Below, piece after piece: positions 57,344 to 64,000 of a stretch of DNA of 64,000 nt (position 1 is the stretch's first letter; each line of letters begins with the position of its first letter). The stretch comes from Candidatus Zhuqueibacterota bacterium. Its GTDB lineage: Bacteria > Zhuqueibacterota > Zhuqueibacteria > Residuimicrobiales > Residuimicrobiaceae. The notes under the pieces were generated by a model, which saw nothing but the letters and a program-made list of their open reading frames with translations, had not been told where the DNA came from and made no database searches. The DNA lies in NCBI GenBank assembly GCA_963169875.1, contig CAUJEL010000197.1, forward strand, positions 12,395-76,394. The letters run 5' to 3'. A program made the position numbers and the translations under genes.

Positions 57344-60300
57344 TTAATCAATATTGAAATATTTCGCCTGAGGATGGTGGACAATGAACGCGGACGTTGT
57401 TTGTTCCGGCACCATCTGATCCTCTTCAGTGATGGTGACGCCGATGCGTTCCGGCTGCAAAATCGCGAAAAGCTTGCGATTTTCCGCCAAATCGGGACAC
57501 GCTGGATAGCCGAACGAATACCGCGAACCACGGTATTTCTGCACCACGAATTCTTCAATGCTGTGACCATCCTCCCCTGTTATCCCGAGTTCTGCGCGAA
57601 TGCGCTTGTGCCAGTATTCAGCCAGCGCCTCGGCGGTCTCGACGCTGAGGCCGTGCAAGAGCAGATAATCCTTGTAGGCATTGCTCTCATACAGCCGCCG
57701 GGTTTCCGCCGCCGCCGCTTCTCCCACCGTCACCACCTGCAGAGCGATGAGATCGCGCACTCCTTCCTCCAACGGTTTGAAATAATCCGCAATGCAGCGG
57801 AAAGGTGCCTGGCGCTGTCTTGGAAATGGGAACCGCACCCAGGGTTCGCCGCTCTCCGGCCGGAAGACGATGACCTCGTCCCCGGAGCGGTTGCAGGGGT
57901 AGTAGCCATAAACAACCCGTGGCTGCAGCAGCTTTTCCGTTTTGCAGCGCGCCTTGAGCACCGCCAACTGCGGCCGCACTTGTTCGCTGAGCAGTTGTTC
58001 AAATTCTTCCGCACTCATTTTGCCGCGGCGGTAGCCCCACCGGCCGCGAAAGAGCACAGTCTCCGTCAAATAGGCAAAGACCTCATCCACATCGATATCC
58101 GCCACAATCCGGTCGCCCCAGAAAGGGGGCCGCGGGACATCGATATCGCCGCGGATCGGTTCAGCGGGTGCCGGTTCCGCGCCGACGCGCATCCGCTTCA
58201 CGGATGATGGCTTCTCAGGAGCGCGCCGCGGCGCCAGTTCATGGTTCTGAATTTGGGACATGGTCCTGAGACCTTCAAAGGCATCGCTGCAGTAGACTAC
58301 CGGCGCTGCATAAAGTCCGGCGCAGATTTCGTCCACATAACTGCGCGTCAATGCTGCGCCGCCGAGCAGCACCGGGATGGTGAAGCCCCGGCGCTGCATC
58401 TCTTCCAGGTTTTCCTTCATGATGACCGTGGATTTAACCAAAAGACCACTCATGCCTATGGCGTCCGCGTGCACCTCCCGGGCTTTTTGTAACATGGTTT
58501 CGATCTCGCACTTGATGCCCAAATTGTAGACCTGAAATCCGTTGTTGCTGAGAATAATATCGACGAGATTTTTGCCGATATCATGGACGTCGCCGCGCAC
58601 AGTGGCGAGCACGATGCTGGTCTTGCTCTGGTCAGCGGCTTTCTCCATGAAGGGTTGCAGTTTGTCAACGCTGAATTTCATCACCTCGGCCGATTGCAGC
58701 ACAAACGGCAGCTGCATCTGGCCGCTGCCGAATAATTCGCCCACGGTTTTCATGGCTGGAATGAGCCACTCATTGATGATTGTGAGTGCGGGATAGTGCT
58801 GCACCGCTTCCAGTAACAGCTCTTCGAGTCCGGAGCGGTTGCCATGAATGACGCGTTGGCCTATTTTTTCGTCGAGCGGCATGTGGCTGTCATCTGTCGT
58901 CTCTTCGGCCGGTGTGCCTTGCCTATTTTCGAAATGGTGGATAAAGCTGAAGAGCGGGTTTTCATCGCCGCGGTTGTAGATCAAATTCAGACAGTGCTGC
59001 AGGTCCTCTGGCGCGATCTGATAGAGGGGGATTATTTTTTTGACATTGACGATCGCCAGGTCCAATCCAGCCTTGACCGCTTCGTCCAGGAACACCGAGT
59101 TGAGGATCTCGCGCGCGTGGGGCGCCAAGCCAAAGGAGATATTGCTGACGCCCAGGAGGGTATAAATGCCCGGCAGAGCCGTTTTCAGGGTGCGGATGCC
59201 CTCCAGCGTCTTGATGCCGGCATCTTTCAGCGTTGCGTCCCCGCTGCCGAGCGTGAAGGTCAGAGGGTCGAAAATCAAATCCCGTGGTTTGAGGCCGTGG
59301 CGGTTCACCGCGATGTCGTAAATGCGCCGCGCCACCTCCAGCTTTTTCGGGACATCCAGAGCCATCCCCTGTTCATCAATCGTCAGCGCGATCAGGGCTG
59401 CGCCATAGCGTTTTGCCAGCCGGCATATGTTGTCGGCCCGCGCTTCTCCGTCTTCGAGGTTGATGGAATTGATCACCGGCCGCCCGCCGTACAGCTGCAA
59501 GGCCTCCTCGATGACCCGAACATCCGTGGAGTCTATGAAGAGCGGCAGATTAACCTGTTTGGCGATGCGCTGCACGGCGCGGCGCATGTCGGCGGCTTCG
59601 TCACGTCCGGTGTAGGCCACGCAGAGGTCGAGGCCATGGGCGCCGGTGCGTTGCTGTTGCGCCGCCACGGCGACGATGCCGTCCCAATCTTCCGCGAGGA
59701 GATAGTCGCGGAACTGTTTGCTGCCGTTGGTGTTGGCGCGCTCGCCGACAAAGAAGGGCGCTGGATCCTGGCGCAGAGTCTGGCCGCTGAAAAGGGAAGC
59801 GATGCTGGCATTGGCCTGAATGCGGCGTTCGGCCGGCTGTTGCGCCAGCACCGCGGTAGCGAGCGCGGAGATGAATTCCGGGGTGGTGCCACAGCAGCCG
59901 CCGACCAGGCGCACGCCCTCTTCGGCCACCATGGCCTGGAGGTTGCTGACAAAGTCATTGATCGAAAGCGTATAACTCATCTGACCATCGACGTTTTGCG
60001 GCAGGCCGGCATTGGGCTGGCAGATCACCTCGCCGCTAAAGGTCTGGCAGATCTGCTGGATATAAGGCCGCATCAATTCGGGACCGGTGGCGCAGTTGAG
60101 TCCGAGGATGTCGATGGCGTAGGGGGCCAGAGCGGCGAGTACGGCGCTGATCTCACTGCCGACCAGGAGTGTGCCGGTTGTCTCGACGGTCACCGAGACC
60201 GCAATGGGCAGCGGCGTTGCAAGTGCTTGCATGGCGTCTTGCGCGGCCAGGAGCGCGGTTTTAATCTGCAGCAAATCCTGGCAGGTTTCGATGATCAGCA

Positions 60301-60754
60301 GATCAGCGCCGCCTTCGACGAGTCCGAGCGCTTGTTCATGATAGGACTGATACATGGTGGCGAAATCCGTCTGGCCGAGGGAGATGAGTTTGGTGCCGGG
60401 TCCCATGGAGCCGGCGACGAAGCGCGGTTTGTCATGGCTGCAGTGGTCCGCTGCTTTGCGGGCAATCTGTGCCGCGGCGCGATTGATTTCGCGGGCGCGA
60501 TCGTGCAGGTCATATTCCGCCAGGACGATGCGATTGGCGCCGAATGTATTGGTTTCCACGACCTCGGCGCCGGCCCTGAAATAGTGCTCGTGGATGGCAC
60601 GAATTTTGTCAGGCGCTGTGAGATTGAGGATCTCGTTGCACCCGAGACGGCCATCCCATTCTTCCGCACTGATTTGCAAATTCTGTATCTGGGTGCCCAT
60701 GGCCCCATCGAAAACGATCACACCCGGTTGTGCGAGCCTGTCGCGAAAGTTCAT
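57344..60754 (-). CDS. metH: Cobalamin-dependent methionine synthase (full-length: Hcy-binding, pterin-binding, B12-binding, AdoMet-activation domains)
   Basis: 1136 aa. N-terminal MNFRDRL...VIVFDGAMGTQ (Hcy S-methyltransferase), pterin-binding domain, B12 cap and binding region (DVHDIGKN), and the C-terminal activation domain. Confidence 0.9.
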   Translation of the reverse strand: MNFRDRLAQPGVIVFDGAMGTQIQNLQISAEEWDGRLGCNEILNLTAPDKIRAIHEHYFRAGAEVVETNTFGANRIVLAEYDLHDRAREINRAAAQIARKAADHCSHDKPRFVAGSMGPGTKLISLGQTDFATMYQSYHEQALGLVEGGADLLIIETCQDLLQIKTALLAAQDAMQALATPLPIAVSVTVETTGTLLVGSEISAVLAALAPYAIDILGLNCATGPELMRPYIQQICQTFSGEVICQPNAGLPQNVDGQMSYTLSINDFVSNLQAMVAEEGVRLVGGCCGTTPEFISALATAVLAQQPAERRIQANASIASLFSGQTLRQDPAPFFVGERANTNGSKQFRDYLLAEDWDGIVAVAAQQQRTGAHGLDLCVAYTGRDEAADMRRAVQRIAKQVNLPLFIDSTDVRVIEEALQLYGGRPVINSINLEDGEARADNICRLAKRYGAALIALTIDEQGMALDVPKKLEVARRIYDIAVNRHGLKPRDLIFDPLTFTLGSGDATLKDAGIKTLEGIRTLKTALPGIYTLLGVSNISFGLAPHAREILNSVFLDEAVKAGLDLAIVNVKKIIPLYQIAPEDLQHCLNLIYNRGDENPLFSFIHHFENRQGTPAEETTDDSHMPLDEKIGQRVIHGNRSGLEELLLEAVQHYPALTIINEWLIPAMKTVGELFGSGQMQLPFVLQSAEVMKFSVDKLQPFMEKAADQSKTSIVLATVRGDVHDIGKNLVDIILSNNGFQVYNLGIKCEIETMLQKAREVHADAIGMSGLLVKSTVIMKENLEEMQRRGFTIPVLLGGAALTRSYVDEICAGLYAAPVVYCSDAFEGLRTMSQIQNHELAPRRAPEKPSSVKRMRVGAEPAPAEPIRGDIDVPRPPFWGDRIVADIDVDEVFAYLTETVLFRGRWGYRRGKMSAEEFEQLLSEQVRPQLAVLKARCKTEKLLQPRVVYGYYPCNRSGDEVIVFRPESGEPWVRFPFPRQRQAPFRCIADYFKPLEEGVRDLIALQVVTVGEAAAAETRRLYESNAYKDYLLLHGLSVETAEALAEYWHKRIRAELGITGEDGHSIEEFVVQKYRGSRYSFGYPACPDLAENRKLFAILQPERIGVTITEEDQMVPEQTTSAFIVHHPQAKYFNID

Positions 60755-60979
60755 CTGTTATCCCTTTGTTTGAGCTGTATGCATTGAAAAAAATACAAAA
60801 AAGCCCGCAGATTATCAAGGCATTAATGGCAAAACAAGGGACAGGCACGAATTAATCAAGCCATCATGCCCCGGTTCCTTTTGCTACTGAGGAATTTTTT
60901 GTGTATATTGTTCCATCGATAATGCGGGTTTGTGATAATTGCTGCAGGAGTCCTGGCTAAGAGGAGAAGAATTAGAAAA

Positions 60980-61789
60980 ATGTCAGCAGAGACAAAAACA
61001 GAACAGAATCGAAATAGAGAATTTGACCGCCTGGTGGAAATCATGGCGCTGCTGCGCAGTGAGAACGGCTGTCCCTGGGATCGGGAACAGACGCACGATT
61101 CGTTGCGGCAGCATTTACTGGAAGAGGCCTATGAGGTCATTGAAGCCATTGATGAAAAACGTTATGCTGATTTGCCCGGAGAATTGGGAGATCTGCTGCT
61201 GCAGGTTGTTTTTCATGCTCAGCTGGGCGCCGAAGAGGCGCGGTTCGACATGGCGGATGTGATCGAGCATATCAACGACAAACTCATTCGCCGGCATCCG
61301 CATGTATTTGGCGATGAGCAGATCAAAACCGCCGAGGAGCAGATCATTAAATGGGAAGAGTCCAAGCTGAAAAAAGAAGGGAAAAAATCGGCCATTGATG
61401 GTGTGCCCAAAGAACTGCCGGCGCTGATCCGCGCGTATCGTATTCAGAACAAGGCCGCGGCTGTTGGATTTGATTGGCCGGACATCCATCCTGTGTGGCA
61501 AAAGCTGGATGAAGAAGTGGGAGAGTTGCAGGAAGCCATGGCAGCTGGATCTGCGGAGCAGATCGAGGAAGAGCTGGGGGATCTGCTGTTCACAGTTGTC
61601 AACCTCTCACGGTTTCTGAAAACAAACCCGGAGGACGCCTTGCGCCGCACCATCGACAAATTTTCGTTACGGTTCCGCTCTGTTGAAGCCGCTTTTGCGC
61701 AGATGGGGCGATCCATGAATGGAGCATCTCTTGAAGAGATGGACGCTGTATGGGAAGAGGTCAAACGGCGTGAGAAAGAAGTCGAGTGA
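60980..61789 (+). CDS. mazG: MazG nucleoside-triphosphate pyrophosphohydrolase (tandem MazG domains)
   Basis: LVEIMALLRSENGCPWDREQTHDSLRQHLLEEAYEV and a second EELGDLLFTVVNLSRF MazG core. Internal ATG chosen as start. Confidence 0.8.
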   Translation: MSAETKTEQNRNREFDRLVEIMALLRSENGCPWDREQTHDSLRQHLLEEAYEVIEAIDEKRYADLPGELGDLLLQVVFHAQLGAEEARFDMADVIEHINDKLIRRHPHVFGDEQIKTAEEQIIKWEESKLKKEGKKSAIDGVPKELPALIRAYRIQNKAAAVGFDWPDIHPVWQKLDEEVGELQEAMAAGSAEQIEEELGDLLFTVVNLSRFLKTNPEDALRRTIDKFSLRFRSVEAAFAQMGRSMNGASLEEMDAVWEEVKRREKEVE

Positions 61790-62058
61790 TCGCCGCGGCC
61801 ATCAGGGTGGTTTGGAACGATTTTTGTAGTGGATATGGTTAACCTTCAGATTACACGGTTACTGTGAGAGACCTGAATTATTTGGCATTAAATAACAACA
61901 GGATAGGCCCGCTTCTGTGCCAGGCATCATTTTGCAGCTTATTTCTCTGTCTTGTTTTCATGACAGCACCATACATCCTGTCATAATTCTTTGACATGAA
62001 ATCAGAATCCTGGCGCACGAGGCTCAAATGCTGTATCCAGAAAAGCGAGGTTGGCGTA

Positions 62059-62901
62059 ATGCAAAAGGCTATCGTGGTATTTATAGCTGGGAGTGTTTTT
62101 TCTCTGTTTCAAGGAGTGTTTGCGCAAATGCAGATAAAAAACAGTGGTGGCTTGGCCATCATGTATCTGACGCAGGATCGTCGTGTGAGTATTGGCACAA
62201 CGGCGCCACCGGCTTCCGGAACGGTCCTGGATGTCGATGGCGTCACAAAGGTCGATGGTCTGCGCGTGGCGACATCCACTGCGGGACAGGCGTTGGTGGC
62301 GACAGGGACGAACGGCACGGCGTCCTGGGGAACCGTTGGTTCCGTGGGTGTGACGGACAACAGCCTGGTGGCGGGAGACCTGGCCGTCAATGTGGTCAGC
62401 AGTGTGGAGGGTGTAATCAATGACGGCGGCAACATCGATCTGGTGCCAGCCGGCGTGGTGTCCATCACCGGAAATAATACCGCCAAAACCATCACCATCG
62501 GCACGGCGCCGGTGACGTTCCAGCAAAACTTTTATCCTGGCACACAGACCTGGGACTTGGTGGGGATTCAGCCCTGGACGCAACTGCCAACCATAGCCTA
62601 TACGGTTACGAAAGCGGGCACGTATCTGATTCTTCTCGATGTGGACTTGCAGCTACAGCCAACCGCGACTGACAACGCCCAATGCGGCGCCACCATAGCC
62701 ATAAATGGAACCCTGCAAGGTGGCGAAGCCACAGCGACAGCCTTTACTGGATGTTGTCCCTTCCGCAATTCAGCATCGCAGAATTATCTGAAACAGCTGG
62801 CCGTGGGTGATTTGGTCACCGTCTGGGCCAAGAGCGATTATACAGGAACTGTGAGTATTTACAGAACCCATACTACTCTGACTGGCGTGCAACTTTACTG
62901 A
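62059..62901 (+). CDS. Secreted protein with a tail-fibre-like N-terminal module and a C-terminal jelly-roll (C1q/TNF-like?) domain. The N-terminus is paralogous to the 21285-22760 protein.
   Basis: Signal peptide, then AQMQIKNSGGLAIMYLTQDRRVSIGTTAPPASGTVLDV, which parallels AQLRVKNSANREVVIATQDGRVGIGMTAPSQ in the other protein. The C-terminal ~130 aa is a beta-rich domain ending ...TVSIYRTHTTLTGVQLY. Confidence 0.4.
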   Translation: MQKAIVVFIAGSVFSLFQGVFAQMQIKNSGGLAIMYLTQDRRVSIGTTAPPASGTVLDVDGVTKVDGLRVATSTAGQALVATGTNGTASWGTVGSVGVTDNSLVAGDLAVNVVSSVEGVINDGGNIDLVPAGVVSITGNNTAKTITIGTAPVTFQQNFYPGTQTWDLVGIQPWTQLPTIAYTVTKAGTYLILLDVDLQLQPTATDNAQCGATIAINGTLQGGEATATAFTGCCPFRNSASQNYLKQLAVGDLVTVWAKSDYTGTVSIYRTHTTLTGVQLY

Positions 62902-63093
62902 TTAGGTATCCTGAATATTTCACCGCTGAACAGGCCGGGAGGCGCAGCGTGCATATTCACATGGTAATAGATACAACTGGCATTCTCATACATTGACTTG
63001 AAAATCAGAGCAAGAATCATCTCATCATGTCAATGGATACAACCCGGCGGCCTTTGCGCACGCGGCGGTTTATGAGTTGATCGGGTCATCGCA

Positions 63094-63576
63094 TCATAAT
63101 TGTGAAAAGTGGGTCATCAGAGCATCCCAGGATTCCATCAGGCCCTGGGACAAGACCTTGGTGTGCCCGGTCACCGGCATGAAATTGGTGTCGCCGTTCC
63201 AGCGCGGCACGATGTGAAAATGGAGATGGTCATCGACGCCGGCGCCGGCGACGCGGCCCAGGTTCATGCCAATGTTGAAACCCTGAGCGGACATGGTCCT
63301 GGATAGGATGGAGGTGCAAACACCCAGCAGCTGCATCAGCTCGAGCTGCTCTTCTGCGTTCAGCCCCGCCAGGTCGGCCGTGTGGCGGTAGGGCACGACC
63401 ATGAGGTGGCCGTTGTTGTAGGGATAGAAATTCATGATGACAAAAGCGTGCGCGCCGCGGTGGAGAATGAGATTTTCTCTGTCGCGGTTTTCTTTTGGCT
63501 TGTCGCAAAAGATGCATCCCTGTGGTTTTTCCTGGAGGATGTATTCCATGCGCCAGGGCGCCCAAAGTTTGTCCAT
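63094..63576 (-). CDS. HIT-family (histidine triad) nucleotide hydrolase/transferase, GalT-like branch
   Basis: HLHFHIVPR histidine triad and the N-terminal WAPWRMEY...CIFC zinc-ribbon-like start typical of the Ap4A-phosphorylase/GalT-like HIT branch. Confidence 0.7.
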   Translation of the reverse strand: MDKLWAPWRMEYILQEKPQGCIFCDKPKENRDRENLILHRGAHAFVIMNFYPYNNGHLMVVPYRHTADLAGLNAEEQLELMQLLGVCTSILSRTMSAQGFNIGMNLGRVAGAGVDDHLHFHIVPRWNGDTNFMPVTGHTKVLSQGLMESWDALMTHFSQL

Positions 63577-63586
63577 ACTTTACCTC

Positions 63587-63632
63587 GTTTAAAAAGAAAC
63601 CCTCCCGCGCATTGAAAAGAGCGGGAGGGCTG
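63587..63632 (-). terminator. Rho-independent terminator downstream of fusA (minus strand)
   Basis: On the minus strand: ccctcccgc-tcttttcaat-gcgggaggg followed by tttctttttaaac. Confidence 0.55.
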
Positions 63633-63652
63633 TATCTGCAAAAACGGCCTGA

Positions 63653-64000
63653 TTAATGGGCCGCAGCCTTTTCAGCCTGTGCTTCGGCGATGACTTTGGC
63701 TTCCACTTCCTTGGGCATGGGGTCGTAATGGGAGAACTTGCGCGTATACGACGCCCGTCCCGAGGTCAGGGAGCGCAGGGTGTTGGAATAATTGTGCAAT
63801 TCGGCCAAAGGAATCTTTGCCTTCACCACCTGGAACCGGCCCTGGGATTCCATGCCCAGGATGCGGCCGCGGCGGCTGTTGAGATCGCCCATGATGTCGC
63901 CCATGTTGTCCTCCGGGCATTTGACTTCCACATCATAGATCGGCTCCAGAAGGATCGGTTTGGCGGACTGGATGCACATCTTGAACACTTCGCGTCCCGC
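63653..64000 (-). CDS. fusA: Elongation factor G, C-terminal end (the gene continues beyond the right window edge)
   Basis: The visible C-terminal ~110 aa (...KPILLEPIYDVEVKCPEDNMGDIMGDLNSRRGRILGMESQGRFQVVKAKIPLAELHNYSNTLRSLTSGRASYT...) matches EF-G domains IV/V. The frame is open to position 64000. Confidence 0.85.
   Translation of the reverse strand, partial: AGREVFKMCIQSAKPILLEPIYDVEVKCPEDNMGDIMGDLNSRRGRILGMESQGRFQVVKAKIPLAELHNYSNTLRSLTSGRASYTRKFSHYDPMPKEVEAKVIAEAQAEKAAAH

Noticed and set aside
60755-60979. Possible cobalamin or SAM riboswitch in the metH / mazG divergent intergenic region
   Set aside because: I could not find the B12-box (…GCCACUG…) or SAM-I conserved cores by eye. The region is better explained as two divergent promoters. 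A cmscan would be needed to exclude it formally.

Overview
This is a high-GC (~60%) bacterial chromosomal window that is densely coding, with no rRNA, tRNA, CRISPR or transposase/integrase genes detected. Three proteins end in, or are predicted to end in, a type IX secretion (T9SS) C-terminal sorting domain (NYPNPFN...TxIxY), so the source is probably an FCB-group (Bacteroidota-like or candidate-phylum) organism. Around 40 genes are supportable. The left half is rich in secreted carbohydrate-active and adhesin-like proteins: a GH5 lipoprotein, a parallel beta-helix protein with a dockerin-like tail, a GH2, a 1603-aa GEVED/LamG/CARDB T9SS protein and a GH38-like protein with a degenerate catalytic motif. 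The middle carries housekeeping metabolism: kynureninase, a B12-binding radical SAM enzyme, an aldehyde dehydrogenase, a threonine-synthase-like enzyme, DUF1611, YitT, an AzgA-type purine permease, a quinone oxidoreductase, a SUI1/YciH homologue, a DDAH-like enzyme and an M6-like T9SS metalloprotease. The right half holds an 11-gene nuoABCDHIJKLMN operon without nuoEFG, a multi-PAS HisKA_3 histidine kinase with a LuxR-type regulator, cobalamin-dependent metH followed by an unlisted 52-aa rubredoxin, mazG, a HIT protein and the 3' end of fusA. The most unusual items are (i) a divergent four-gene cluster pairing a UbiA/MenA-like prenyltransferase with a tocopherol-cyclase-like protein, a DUF1295 steroid-reductase-fold membrane protein and an HXXEE protein, a candidate prenylquinol-to-chromanol pathway. 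(ii) A new family of ~50-bp double-hairpin palindromic repeat units, present as a tandem pair after the aldehyde dehydrogenase gene and as a ~2.5-copy 85-bp tandem array inside the nuo operon between nuoD and nuoH. (iii) A ~500-bp repeat- and hairpin-rich leader upstream of nuoA. (iv) Two secreted paralogues that share an N-terminal module but carry different C-terminal domains, one resembling a phage-appendage self-cleaving chaperone domain.
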